Assembly: GCA_038891055.1 (NCBI GenBank)
Contig: JAWAEU010000005.1
Coordinates: forward strand, 19,330-83,329
Reading direction: 5' to 3'
From: Candidatus Anstonellaceae archaeon
GTDB lineage: Archaea > Micrarchaeota > Micrarchaeia > Anstonellales > Anstonellaceae
DNA length: 64,000 bases
Below the pieces are notes generated by a model. It was not told the DNA's origin. It did no database searches and worked only from the letters and a program-made list of their open reading frames with translations. The translations under genes and the position numbers were made by a program. Numbering within the stretch: the first letter of the stretch is position 1; every line of letters starts with the position of its first letter. Positions 40,736-51,090 of this stretch are shown here, piece after piece.

Positions 40736-40888
40736 TTATTTCTTAGTTCTCAATTCTCTTCTTTTTGGTCTGAGATAAGGAGAGCCGCATTTGCGACATT
40801 TTTTAACTCCTTTTTTATTTCTAGCTTTACATTTTTTGCAAATAACAATATTTGCTAATAGTGCATCAGCCTCTGGAAATTTTCCCAT
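40736..40888 (-). CDS. rpl40e: 50S ribosomal protein L40e (below ORF-track cutoff)
   Basis: Manual translation MGKFPEADALLANIVICKKCKARNKKGVKKCRKCGSPYLRPKRRELRTKK; AGGTG SD. Confidence 0.95.
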   Translation of the reverse strand: MGKFPEADALLANIVICKKCKARNKKGVKKCRKCGSPYLRPKRRELRTKK

Positions 40889-40957
40889 CTAAACACCTAA
40901 TGAAGTATTTTAAATTTGTTGATATTAATAATTATAACTCAATATTTTAAAAAGTAA

Positions 40958-41029
40958 GCCCTCGTAGCTCAGCGGCAGAGCGCTCGCCTTGTAAGCGAGA
41001 GGTCGTGGGTTCAATCCCCACCGGGGGCT
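40958..41029 (+). tRNA. tRNA-Thr(TGT)
   Basis: Anticodon arm CTCGC-CTTGTAA-GCGAG; U73. Confidence 0.95.
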
Positions 41030-41064
41030 CTAATCTTAAAAACTTTTTTCATTAAATATTATTT

Positions 41065-42354
41065 ATGTTTAATTCTAAGAAAATAGCAGCTGTTGCACAG
41101 TTTGGTGGCCCTACTGCAGTAATTAATAGAAGTTTAGTTGGTGCAGTAAATGAATTAAAAAAACACAATTGCATAATTTTAGGTCCAAGATTTGGTATTA
41201 ATGGAGTATTAAAAAATGATTTTTTTAGGTTAGATCTTTTTTCAGATTCAAAATTGGATGGAATTAGAAAAAGCCCAGGTTCTTATTTAGGTACTTCTAA
41301 ATTTAATGTTAATGAGGAGAGCTCTTTTTTAATAGCAGAGAAATTAAAGGAGTTAAACATATCTTACTTCTTTATGATTGGTGGTGATAGTACTGCTTCG
41401 ATTGCTAAAAAAATAAGGCTTGCTGCAAAACAAATAAACTATGATTTAGTGGTTTTTCATATTCCAAAAACTATTGATAATGATGTAATAATAACTGATC
41501 ACACTCCTGGTTTTGGAAGTGCAGCAAGATTAGTTGCAAAAGCATCCTATGGAATAGATCAAGAAAATCGCTCTAGTGGCGGAATATATGGAATGGTTGT
41601 AATGGGGCGAGATTCTGGATTTTTAGCCTATAGTTCTACTCTACTTAGAGAATCTTCTTCTGGGCCAGATTTAGTTTATGGTCCAGAAATAAACTTTAAT
41701 TTAGACTTTTTTTTAAAAGACATTGAAGATGTATATTCTAGAAAAGGAAGAGCATTTTTTGTACTATCTGAGGGGATTAGGTATTATCATTATGAAAATG
41801 GCAAATTAGTTTATGAAAACAATAAAATAAAAACAACTTTAGTTGTTGATGTTGCCAGCGCTGCTTTAAAAAGAGAGGTAGAGATGGAAGAAAATTTTGG
41901 CTCTCCTTCTCTGAGTGCAGGAAGTGATGTTTTGGTATCATATATTACCCAAGTTATTAAAGAAAAATTTGGAAAAATTAGAGTTAGGATAAATAATTTG
42001 GGATATTTGGCAAGGTCCTTTCCTGAGGTATCTGAGATTGACGCAGTGGAAGCAGAGGCTGTAGGTAAAAAAGCTGTAAGATTAGCATTAAGTGGGTATG
42101 AGGAAGGTAGTGTAGCAATAATAAGGGTTGGCCATAGTCATAATTATAGTGTAAAATTAGAATACGTTCCTCTAGATGATATAATTGGTAATATAAAGCA
42201 AGTTCCAAGAGATTGGATAGGTTCTTATGGAAAGGATATTGGAAGCGAATTTTTAAATTATGCAGGGCCTTTAGTTGGGCCAATAGATGGATTTGAAAAC
42301 TTGGATCATCTACTGCCAAAGAATTTTGAATTTGATAAATTCATTAGAGAATAG
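41065..42354 (+). CDS. PfkA-family phosphofructokinase, probably PPi-type but atypical
   Basis: GGPTAVIN, IGGDST, PKTIDND, PGFGSAA, MGR, SEG, LGYLAR. Confidence 0.85.
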   Translation: MFNSKKIAAVAQFGGPTAVINRSLVGAVNELKKHNCIILGPRFGINGVLKNDFFRLDLFSDSKLDGIRKSPGSYLGTSKFNVNEESSFLIAEKLKELNISYFFMIGGDSTASIAKKIRLAAKQINYDLVVFHIPKTIDNDVIITDHTPGFGSAARLVAKASYGIDQENRSSGGIYGMVVMGRDSGFLAYSSTLLRESSSGPDLVYGPEINFNLDFFLKDIEDVYSRKGRAFFVLSEGIRYYHYENGKLVYENNKIKTTLVVDVASAALKREVEMEENFGSPSLSAGSDVLVSYITQVIKEKFGKIRVRINNLGYLARSFPEVSEIDAVEAEAVGKKAVRLALSGYEEGSVAIIRVGHSHNYSVKLEYVPLDDIIGNIKQVPRDWIGSYGKDIGSEFLNYAGPLVGPIDGFENLDHLLPKNFEFDKFIRE

Positions 42355-42363
42355 AGATCGAAT

Positions 42364-42714
42364 ATGATTAATTGTTTTACACTTTCAGCAAAAGATGGTT
42401 GGATAAGCTTTGAATCTTATAAGGACAAAGAGTATGTGACATTTTATAGAAGGTTAAAACCCTCCAGATTATCCGAGACCTTAATTTTCAAAAATTCTAT
42501 AAAAAATAAAAAGTGTGAGGTATTTTTTTTCGTCAGTTATGGTGAGGTTGACTTTTTTAAAACAAAATTATGCTCAATCACTAAAAAAAATTTTGCGAGA
42601 CTAAAAAACAAAATTTTCGAGTACTCTAATAAATTTTCTCTTAAAAAAACATCTAAATTTTATTCAAATATTTTATTGAAATATGAGAAAGTACTTTTTA
42701 ATAAATTTATCTAA
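42364..42714 (+). CDS. Small basic hypothetical protein
   Basis: 116-aa ORF starting 9 nt after the pfk stop; no motif. Confidence 0.45.
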   Translation: MINCFTLSAKDGWISFESYKDKEYVTFYRRLKPSRLSETLIFKNSIKNKKCEVFFFVSYGEVDFFKTKLCSITKKNFARLKNKIFEYSNKFSLKKTSKFYSNILLKYEKVLFNKFI

Positions 42715-42768
42715 AAACAAAAGTTGATTATTTAAATTTTTTTGTTATAAATTTTTTGAGGTGAAAAA

Positions 42769-43224
42769 ATGTTCGATGAGTCAAAGGATCAGGCTGTCTT
42801 TGTTGTCAAACACAAAGATTGGATTGTAATAAAAAAACTTTTAATTGATGAAAAGGTTTCTAGTCAGGAAATTGGCTTGTTATTATCATCTATTCAAAAA
42901 TCTATTTTTGAAAAATCTTATTTTTATTTTGATATTGAGGTAAATAAAATTCGACAATTAGCAAAAAAATTTGTTGCAACTAAAAGAAAGAGCATCGGGG
43001 CTGTGGGAGAAATTTTTTCTTCACTAAAAGTAGGAGAATTAAAAAAAGAGCTTGAGGGCTGTTGTAAAAAGCCTGATCACTATCCACTAGCAGAGCAATT
43101 TTTTGTTTTAGCTGTTTTAGATGAACTGGGGTTTAATCCTTATCCAAATTTAGAAGTTATTCAAAAGCTCTATCCAGAATTAAAAATTCCAAAACCAAAA
43201 GGAAATTTTGGAAAGAAAAAATAA
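42769..43224 (+). CDS. DUF2666-like conserved archaeal protein
   Basis: KHKDWIVIKKLLID N-terminus, YPELKIPKPKG C-terminus; GAGGTGA SD. Confidence 0.7.
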   Translation: MFDESKDQAVFVVKHKDWIVIKKLLIDEKVSSQEIGLLLSSIQKSIFEKSYFYFDIEVNKIRQLAKKFVATKRKSIGAVGEIFSSLKVGELKKELEGCCKKPDHYPLAEQFFVLAVLDELGFNPYPNLEVIQKLYPELKIPKPKGNFGKKK

Positions 43225-43275
43225 GCAAAAATTCAAAGGGGAAAATTTATAATTTCTAAAGATTTTTAATAGGTT

Positions 43276-45648
43276 ATGGAACAAAATTCTGAAAGTTATG
43301 AGAAAAAATTTTATCAAGCACTACAAGATGTTTTTATAGGAGCAAAGATTGAAGGTAAGGGCGGCTTTATTAATTTGATGAAAATAAAATCAAATTATTA
43401 CAAAAAAATAGAAAAACTACTTAAAGATGATATAGAAAAAGCTTTAGAGAAATATCCATCATTTAGAGATGAACTTTTTGATAAACTTTATGATTTTTTT
43501 AATAAATATTTTACAGAAAGTGGTTCAATCTATTTTAATTCAACTCCATTTCACAATAACATTTATGAAAAAGTTTATACTGATGACAAAGATGTCATAT
43601 TATTTTGGAAAACTCATATGCTCTATTATGTTAAAACAGATAGAATTTTTAGAAGTTTACCAGTTGAATTTGATAATCTTAAATTTTATTTTGATGCAAC
43701 AGAGATAGAAAACAAAAAAGCAAATGAAAAAAGAAGTTTAATATATGAACTTAAAGAGATAAAAGAAGATAAAACTATAGTCTTTAGAGTTATCTACTCT
43801 GAAAAAGGAAGAATAACAAAGACTGAAGATATACTAAAAGAATTAAAGAAAAAACAGCTAAACATTACTGAAGAGCAATTAGAAAGAGCATTTAGAACAT
43901 TTGAAAAGCAAAGTGAGGTAGATTTTTTTATAAACAAAAATGCCAAAGCATTTTTGCAAGAGCAATTTAAACTCTGGAGTTATCAATATTTTTGGGATGG
44001 GGCAAAAGAATGGACAGCAGATAGAATTAATCAATTACAAATTTTAAAAGATATTGCTTTCAAAATTATTGATTTTATTTCACAATTTGAAGATGAATTA
44101 GTAAAAATATGGAACAAGCCAAAGTTTGTTAAAAATTCAAATTATGTAATAAGTTTGAAAACATTAAAGTCTATCCTTCCAAATAAAGATTATGAATTTT
44201 ATCTTGATTTGGTTAAAAAGAAGTTGTTGGAATCAGTTGAGTATCAACAAGATATCAAAAATACGATTTCCGAGGTTTATAGAGATAATGTAGCAGGAAT
44301 TTTTGTAAAAAATGTACAATTTAATCAAAACAGTATTTCTATTTCTTACCAAAAAAGAAAAAAACAAGGTAATGGGTATGTAAATTTGGTGGGAGATGAT
44401 ACTAATAGGCCAAAGCTAATTAGCTATGAATCGATTTATATTGATACGAAGTATTTTGATGAAAAATTTAAGTTGCAATTATTGGGCAGTATTTCTCGTA
44501 ATAATTCTTTAGACCAATTATTAGATGGTTTATTGATTAAAAGTGAAAGCTGGCAAGTATTAAACTCCTTAAAAGAAAAATACAAGAATCAAATAGATCT
44601 AATTTATATTGACCCCCCATTTAATACTCAAGAAAGTGGTTTTTTGTATGAAGATAAATTTTTAGACAGTAGTTGGCTTTCTTTAATGAATGACAGAATC
44701 AAAGATTCTTTAATATTCTTAAAAAGAGGAGGTAATTTCTGCCTTCATCTTGATGAGAATGCTGATTATTATGGCAGGTTGTTACTAGATAGTAATGGAC
44801 TAGTATTTCAAAGAGAACTAATTTGGAATGTTACTGCTGTGGCATACAGCGAAAAAAAGAAGAAATGGATAAGAAGCCACGATGTAATTTTATATGCATC
44901 TAATGAAGATGACCCGTTAATATTTAACCCGATACGATTAAATAATAACGAATGGGATGTTAAAAAAATGGGAAGCATACTTGGAGGAAAGGGAGATGAC
45001 ATTATTACTACAAAGTATACTCACTTCAATAGAAACGAAAATATTCAAGATTTTAGTACACAAAAAACAGAAAGTTTATTAGCAAGAATTATTAAAGTGC
45101 TCTCAAATAAGGGAGGTATTGTTTTTGATTATTTTGCAGGAACTGGCACAACACTTGCTGCTGCACATAAATTAGGTAGAAAATGGATTGGTGTTGAGAT
45201 GGCAGAATATTTTGAATCCATTACTTTACCACGTATGAAAAAAGTAATCTGGGGAGATCGGTATGGCATTTCTCCAGATGTTAATTGGCAAGGTGGAGGA
45301 TTTTTCAAATACTACGAACTTGAGCAATATGAGGAAGCATTAGCAAATTGCAAATATGAAGATGGAGATCCATTTATTAAAATAGGGGAAAATCCTTATG
45401 AAGAATATGTTTTTATGAAAGATGAAAAGATGCTCAGAGCACTTGAAATTGATTATAAGAATAATAAAGTCAAAGTAGATTTATCAAAACTTTATCCAAA
45501 CATTGATATTGCTGAAACTCTATCTAATCTAACTGGAAAGTGGATCAAAAAAATTAGCAAAGATGAAGTTGAATTTGAAGATGGAACAAAAATAAATATT
45601 AAAGATTTAGATTACAAATTAATCAAACCTCTAATATGGTGGGAGTAG
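43276..45648 (+). CDS. mod: Type III R-M methyltransferase (Mod) with long N-terminal extension
   Basis: IYIDPPF catalytic motif followed by DYFAGTGTT SAM motif (beta order); abuts res. Confidence 0.88.
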   Translation: MEQNSESYEKKFYQALQDVFIGAKIEGKGGFINLMKIKSNYYKKIEKLLKDDIEKALEKYPSFRDELFDKLYDFFNKYFTESGSIYFNSTPFHNNIYEKVYTDDKDVILFWKTHMLYYVKTDRIFRSLPVEFDNLKFYFDATEIENKKANEKRSLIYELKEIKEDKTIVFRVIYSEKGRITKTEDILKELKKKQLNITEEQLERAFRTFEKQSEVDFFINKNAKAFLQEQFKLWSYQYFWDGAKEWTADRINQLQILKDIAFKIIDFISQFEDELVKIWNKPKFVKNSNYVISLKTLKSILPNKDYEFYLDLVKKKLLESVEYQQDIKNTISEVYRDNVAGIFVKNVQFNQNSISISYQKRKKQGNGYVNLVGDDTNRPKLISYESIYIDTKYFDEKFKLQLLGSISRNNSLDQLLDGLLIKSESWQVLNSLKEKYKNQIDLIYIDPPFNTQESGFLYEDKFLDSSWLSLMNDRIKDSLIFLKRGGNFCLHLDENADYYGRLLLDSNGLVFQRELIWNVTAVAYSEKKKKWIRSHDVILYASNEDDPLIFNPIRLNNNEWDVKKMGSILGGKGDDIITTKYTHFNRNENIQDFSTQKTESLLARIIKVLSNKGGIVFDYFAGTGTTLAAAHKLGRKWIGVEMAEYFESITLPRMKKVIWGDRYGISPDVNWQGGGFFKYYELEQYEEALANCKYEDGDPFIKIGENPYEEYVFMKDEKMLRALEIDYKNNKVKVDLSKLYPNIDIAETLSNLTGKWIKKISKDEVEFEDGTKINIKDLDYKLIKPLIWWE

Positions 45649-48636
45649 ATGGATAATAGGCAATATCTTAGAGAAATTGTAGAAAATATAAATTTTGAGG
45701 AGCTTCCGCCACAGTGGAACCAATTTGATCTTGTAAAATTTTCTCATAAAAAAAAGTTATTTGAATTTCAGCAGCAAGCTCTAAAAAATTGCCTCAAAGC
45801 CCTATACTTTTATTTTAAACAAAAAAATTCCAACAAATCAGAATTATTTAATCACTATAAACTAATCGGATTAACTCAAGATCTTGATTTTAACTTATCA
45901 AACAACAAGTTAGCGATTTTATCCAATTATTACCCTTCAGAGGATTCAAAAATTTCTTTTGAACACTTTATTAACAGAATGAGCTTTTGGATGGCAACAG
46001 GCTCTGGTAAAACGTTAGTTATTGTTAAGTTAATAGAAATCTTAGGAAAATTAATTAGTAGCAAAGAATTACCACAAGGCAATATTCTTTTTTTGTCATA
46101 CAGAGAGGATCTCATAGAACAATTTAAAGCCCATGTAGCTGAATTTAATTCTTATAATTTTGATACAAAAATAAATCTAATTGATCTAAAAAGCTATGAT
46201 GGAATAATGAGATACTCTGGAGATTTGATTTTAAAAAAAGATGAGATCAACATATTTTATTATCGCTCAGATCTAATCTCAGATGAACAAAAAGACAAAA
46301 TAATAGATTTTAGAAATTATGATAATAATGGTAAGTGGTATATTATATTAGATGAGGCTCATAAAGGTGATAGGGAAGATAGTAAAAGACAAATGCTCTA
46401 TTCAATCCTTTCAAGAAATGGCTTTTTATTTAACTTTTCTGCTACTTTTACAGATCCAAGAGATTATGTAACTTGTGTTTTTAATTTTAATCTTTCTGAA
46501 TTTGTAAAACAAGGTTATGGCAAGCATATTTGTCTTTCAAGCCTTGATGTAGATGCATTTAAAGACAAAAGCGATTTTTCTACTATCGAAAAACAAAAAA
46601 TAGTGCTAAAAACAATTTTACTTTTTATTTATATCAAAAAGTATTGGGAGGAAATTAATAGCTACAACCAAAAACTCTATCATCGTCCTCTATTAGTAAC
46701 TTTGGTTAACTCTGTAGATACAGAAGATTCTGATCTAGAACTATTTTTTAGAGAAGTAGTAAAAATAGCAAAAAATGAAATTAAAGAAGAATTTTTGGAA
46801 AGTGTAAAAAAAGAACTCATAAATGATATCCTTGATTATGAATTTAAATTTGAGGATTTAACTATTAATATAGATGAAGCTAAAATTTCAAGTATTGACT
46901 ACAGGGATATTTTAAAATATTTTTTTAATGCTAAATCTTCTTCTACCATTGAAGTGTTGAAAATTCCAAAGAATAAACAAGAGCTTATCTTTAAACTTAA
47001 ATCTACCGACTCTCCATTTGCTTTAATAAAGATAGGCGATATTTCCAATTGGTTAAAAGAAAAATTAAAAGATTACGAAATAATTGAAACATTTGACAAT
47101 GAGAGTTATTTTAAAAGAATAAACAATGATGACTCACTTTTAAATCTTTTGGCAGGCTCTCGTGCTTTTTATGAAGGATGGGATTCAAATAGGCCCAATA
47201 TTTTATTATTTTTAAATATAGGTTTAAAAGATGCAAAAATATTTGTTTTGCAATCAATAGGCAGGGGAGTTAGAATAGAGCCTAAAAAAGATCTTAGAAA
47301 GAGACTTCAAAACTTGTTTAATGAAAATTTAATAGAAAAAGAGCTTTTTGAAAAAATTAAAGACAAGGTTTTATTTTTAGAAACACTCTTTGTTTTTGGA
47401 ACTAAAGCAAAAAATTTAGAACAAATAATAAATACTCTAAATGATCAAGTAACTGAATTGAATTTAGGCAAATCATTTATTATAAATCCAAAAATAGAAA
47501 ACAAGCCCCTTTTAGTCCCAGTGTATGGAGAATCAAAATATCTTTTTGAATCTTTTGAAGGCAACTCAGATACTCTCACTCTTCCAATAAGTTCCAGAGA
47601 ATTTGAGTTAGCTTTAGATTTTTATAATTTCTTAACACAAAACAATGATAATAAAATAATTTTAGTTAAGTACGATATAGAGCCAGTGATTTTATTAAAA
47701 TTAAATGAAATTTTTGAAAAAAGAAATTATAGATTTTCTGATTCCCAGACTATTTCTAAATTAGCTCCTCATTTAATAATTAGAAAAATCGTAGATTTTC
47801 TAAAAACAAAACATAAAGATTTAGAAAAATTTGAAAAATTAGAAAAAGATAAATTTATAGTTCATTTTAAAAACATTTCTTTTAGAATAAGTGGACTTAA
47901 TAATTACAAGTCTATTTTTTCTGAACTTGAACAAAAAATTCAAACAATAAAAAATAAACCATCTATCGAAAAAGAATTAGATCAGTTATTTAAAAATAAA
48001 AAGCGTGAAGAATATGATAAAAAACGAGAATTACTTATAAATGCCCAAAACTTCGAATTTGAAGGAAAGAAAATAAAAATAAAATATCTATTAAACCATT
48101 ACTATTTGCCAATCCTTTTACCAGAGAGCGAAAAAACAGAATATTTGTCTCATGTTATTAATGTGAAGAGTGAAATTGATTTTATTAAAGAACTTGAGGA
48201 GTATATTCAAAAAACAAGCTCAAAAGAAAGTTTTTTTTCTTCCGCTGAGTGGTGGTTTTTCTCAAAAATAGATGAGCATCTTGATGATGTCTATATTCCT
48301 TACTATGATGGTGAAGGTGGAAAAATTGCAAATTTTAAGCCAGATTTTATTTTCTGGGCAAAAAAAGGAAAAAAGTATGTTATCTTTTTTGTTGACCCAA
48401 AAAGTACAGAATTTACTAAAGCATTCAAAAAGATAGAAGGCTACTGTCGTATTTTTGAAACACAAAACCAAGGAAAAAAACAACCGAAAATTTTTTCATT
48501 TGATAATTTAGAAATAGTAGTAAAATTATTTTTCTGGTCTAAAAATAAAAATATCCTTTCAAATTATTCAGATTATTTGGTTAGTTCAGTCGAGGAATTA
48601 GACAAAAAGCTTGCCTCTACTATAAACCAAGCATAA
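45649..48636 (+). CDS. res: Type III R-M restriction subunit (Res)
   Basis: MATGSGKT, DEAH, FSAT, EGWD, QSIGRGVR, C-terminal FKPDF...DPK nuclease. Confidence 0.9.
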   Translation: MDNRQYLREIVENINFEELPPQWNQFDLVKFSHKKKLFEFQQQALKNCLKALYFYFKQKNSNKSELFNHYKLIGLTQDLDFNLSNNKLAILSNYYPSEDSKISFEHFINRMSFWMATGSGKTLVIVKLIEILGKLISSKELPQGNILFLSYREDLIEQFKAHVAEFNSYNFDTKINLIDLKSYDGIMRYSGDLILKKDEINIFYYRSDLISDEQKDKIIDFRNYDNNGKWYIILDEAHKGDREDSKRQMLYSILSRNGFLFNFSATFTDPRDYVTCVFNFNLSEFVKQGYGKHICLSSLDVDAFKDKSDFSTIEKQKIVLKTILLFIYIKKYWEEINSYNQKLYHRPLLVTLVNSVDTEDSDLELFFREVVKIAKNEIKEEFLESVKKELINDILDYEFKFEDLTINIDEAKISSIDYRDILKYFFNAKSSSTIEVLKIPKNKQELIFKLKSTDSPFALIKIGDISNWLKEKLKDYEIIETFDNESYFKRINNDDSLLNLLAGSRAFYEGWDSNRPNILLFLNIGLKDAKIFVLQSIGRGVRIEPKKDLRKRLQNLFNENLIEKELFEKIKDKVLFLETLFVFGTKAKNLEQIINTLNDQVTELNLGKSFIINPKIENKPLLVPVYGESKYLFESFEGNSDTLTLPISSREFELALDFYNFLTQNNDNKIILVKYDIEPVILLKLNEIFEKRNYRFSDSQTISKLAPHLIIRKIVDFLKTKHKDLEKFEKLEKDKFIVHFKNISFRISGLNNYKSIFSELEQKIQTIKNKPSIEKELDQLFKNKKREEYDKKRELLINAQNFEFEGKKIKIKYLLNHYYLPILLPESEKTEYLSHVINVKSEIDFIKELEEYIQKTSSKESFFSSAEWWFFSKIDEHLDDVYIPYYDGEGGKIANFKPDFIFWAKKGKKYVIFFVDPKSTEFTKAFKKIEGYCRIFETQNQGKKQPKIFSFDNLEIVVKLFFWSKNKNILSNYSDYLVSSVEELDKKLASTINQA

Positions 48637-48748
48637 GCTTTATAAACTAAAGCGTTCTAAATCATTTTATATTTGGTTAGTCAATCACATATGAACTGCG
48701 GCATTGTTTTTAATTATTCGTGCTAAAAAATAATTAGGAGGTTTTAGT

Positions 48749-50020
48749 ATGGCAAAAAAAGAACACCTAAATTTGATCTTTATAGGACATGTGGACCATG
48801 GTAAGTCCACTACAGTCGGTAGGATTTTATATGAGACAGGTGCTCTTAGTGAGCAACAACTCAGAAAGCTAAAAGAAGAAGCAGAAAAATTAGGTAAGGC
48901 AACATTTGAATTTGCTTTCACCATGGATACTCTAAAAGAAGAAAGAGAGAGAGGAGTTACTATTGATATTTCTCACAAAGAGTTTGAAACAGAAAAATTC
49001 TTCTTTACTATTATTGATGCCCCAGGCCACAGAGACTTTGTAAAAAATATGATAACTGGAGCATCTCAAGCAGATGCTGCTGTAATCGTTTGTTCTGCAA
49101 AAGAAGGAGTACAAGCTCAAACAAAGGAACATGCTTTCTTAGCAAAAGTTTTAGGTATAAAACAATTTATTGTTGGAATTAACAAAATGGATGCTATTGA
49201 TTGGAACCAATCTAGGTACAACGAGGTAGTATTTGAACTAAAAAAACTACTAAAAAATATCGGTTATAACGTAGATGCTATACCCTTTATTCCATATTCA
49301 GCATATCAGGGAGGAAATATAAAAACTAGGTCGGATAAAACTCCTTGGTATACTGGTCCAACTCTTCTAGAAGCATTTGATAAATTAACAGTTCCTGAAA
49401 AACCAATCAACAAGCCACTCAGGATGCCAATCCAGGATGTTTATTCTATTACTGGGCATGGTACTGTGCCTGTTGGAAGAGTAGAATCTGGAGTAATGAA
49501 ACCAGGAATGCAAATTATTTTCATGCCTTCTGGCATAAAATCTGAAGTAAAAAAAATAGAGATGCACCACAAAGAAATTCCAGAAGCAATTCCAGGCGAT
49601 AACATTGGTTTTAATGTCAAAGGTGTAGATAAAAACCAACTAAAAAGAGGAGAAGTAGTAGGTCCAGTGGATAATCCACCCACAGTAGCAGAAGAATTTA
49701 AAGCTCAAATTGTGGTATTGGATCACCCAACAGCAATTGCAAAGGGTTATACTCCAGTATTTCACATGCACACAGCACAAGTTGCCTGTACATTTGTAGA
49801 ATTATTAGAAAAGAAAGATCCAAAAACTGGGCAGACAATCCAGCAAAATCCAGACTTTATAAAAACCGGTGATATTGCAGTAGTAAGAATAAAGCCATCT
49901 AGACCAGTGGTAGTAGAAAAATTCTCAGAGTTTCCAGCTTTGGGAAGATTTGCAATTAGAGATATGGGCCAAACAGTTGCAGCAGGAGTGGTTTTAGACG
50001 TGGTTCCAAAGAAAATGTAA
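48749..50020 (+). CDS. tuf: Elongation factor 1-alpha
   Basis: [46 protein letters not shown]. Confidence 0.98.
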   Translation: MAKKEHLNLIFIGHVDHGKSTTVGRILYETGALSEQQLRKLKEEAEKLGKATFEFAFTMDTLKEERERGVTIDISHKEFETEKFFFTIIDAPGHRDFVKNMITGASQADAAVIVCSAKEGVQAQTKEHAFLAKVLGIKQFIVGINKMDAIDWNQSRYNEVVFELKKLLKNIGYNVDAIPFIPYSAYQGGNIKTRSDKTPWYTGPTLLEAFDKLTVPEKPINKPLRMPIQDVYSITGHGTVPVGRVESGVMKPGMQIIFMPSGIKSEVKKIEMHHKEIPEAIPGDNIGFNVKGVDKNQLKRGEVVGPVDNPPTVAEEFKAQIVVLDHPTAIAKGYTPVFHMHTAQVACTFVELLEKKDPKTGQTIQQNPDFIKTGDIAVVRIKPSRPVVVEKFSEFPALGRFAIRDMGQTVAAGVVLDVVPKKM

Positions 50021-50039
50021 ATTAGTTTGGTGATTATAA

Positions 50040-50345
50040 TTGGGAAAAGCACGCATTAAGTTAATTGGAAGGTCTGCAGAAGAAGTAGATGGAGTTTGTC
50101 AACAAATAATTCAAATAGCAAAGGCAACCGGTGTAGAAATTTCAGGCCCAGTTTATCTTCCACTTCGCAGGCTAGTAATTACAACTAGAAAAACTCCATG
50201 TGGGGACGGCTCAGACACTTACGAGCACTGGGAGATGAGATTACATAAAAGAATTATTGATATAGAAGGAGATGAGAGAACATTAAGACAGATAATGAGA
50301 GTAAAAGTTCCTGATAGTTTGCATGTAAAAATAAGTCTAAAATAA
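50040..50345 (+). CDS. rps10: 30S ribosomal protein S10
   Basis: RKTPCGDGS...WEMRLHKRIID; TTG start after GGTGA; follows tuf. Confidence 0.96.
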   Translation: MGKARIKLIGRSAEEVDGVCQQIIQIAKATGVEISGPVYLPLRRLVITTRKTPCGDGSDTYEHWEMRLHKRIIDIEGDERTLRQIMRVKVPDSLHVKISLK

Positions 50346-50384
50346 GCATCTATTTTTTATTTTTTTCTTTTTATTTATAATTTA

Positions 50385-50443
50385 TTGATGAAAAGACGAC
50401 TTCAGATGGATCTTCCCAAATGAAGAAAATGACTTGACTCTGA
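50385..50443 (+). ncRNA. Candidate box C/D methylation guide sRNA
   Basis: C box TTGATGA (50385), D' CAGA (50403), C' ATGAAGA (50420), D CTGA (50440); guides of 11 and 13 nt. Confidence 0.6.
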
Positions 50444-50466
50444 AAGATTTTATTTAGCTGATCTTT

Positions 50467-51018
50467 ATGCAAGAGGAGGATGTGCATTATTTAAAATTTT
50501 CACCAAAAAGACTTGCAGTATTAGAAGGTAGTCAAAATTCTACCTTAAAACTATTGGAAAAAAACTTAAATGTAAAAATCTATGTTTTGGGAGACGGGCA
50601 AGTTGAAATAAGGGGAGCAGCAGTAGATGTCTTTTTTTCCATCCCTGTACTTAGAGCAATTTCTAGGGGATTTGAGCCGCATGTTGCTTTAAAACTAAAA
50701 AATGAAAATTATGGTTTTAATTTAATCGATCTAAAAGACTATGCAAAAACAAAAGCTCAGCTCGTAAGACTAAAAGGGAGAATAATTGGAAAAAAAGGCA
50801 AAGCAAAAAGAATTTTAGAGCAACAAGCAGAGTGTGATATCGCTGTTTTTGGCCACACTATTGGAATAATAGCAAATTTAGAAACTTTAGATGTAGCAAC
50901 AAATGCTATTTTCAAATTAATCGAAGGAGTACCGCACTCTGGAGTTTATCTTTATTTAGAAAAAAACAAAAAATGGAGAAGAGAAAAAGAAAAACTAGAT
51001 AATATAAAAATGGTATAA
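50467..51018 (+). CDS. KH-domain pre-rRNA processing protein (Dim2/Pno1)
   Basis: AISRGF, RLKGRIIGKKGK, G.PHSGVY.YLE. Confidence 0.88.
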   Translation: MQEEDVHYLKFSPKRLAVLEGSQNSTLKLLEKNLNVKIYVLGDGQVEIRGAAVDVFFSIPVLRAISRGFEPHVALKLKNENYGFNLIDLKDYAKTKAQLVRLKGRIIGKKGKAKRILEQQAECDIAVFGHTIGIIANLETLDVATNAIFKLIEGVPHSGVYLYLEKNKKWRREKEKLDNIKMV

Positions 51019-51090
51019 TTTTTAAAATACAGCAAGGGTTTTTAAATTCTTTTATCATTTTATTTTTTAAGCGACCAGGAAGGGATTTAA

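Noticed and set aside
43276..45648. Phase-variable simple repeats in mod
   Set aside because: Only A/T runs typical of the whole window; the frame is intact
48690..48725. 11-codon uORF (MNCGIVFNYSC) upstream of tuf
   Set aside because: No SD; such short ORFs are expected by chance
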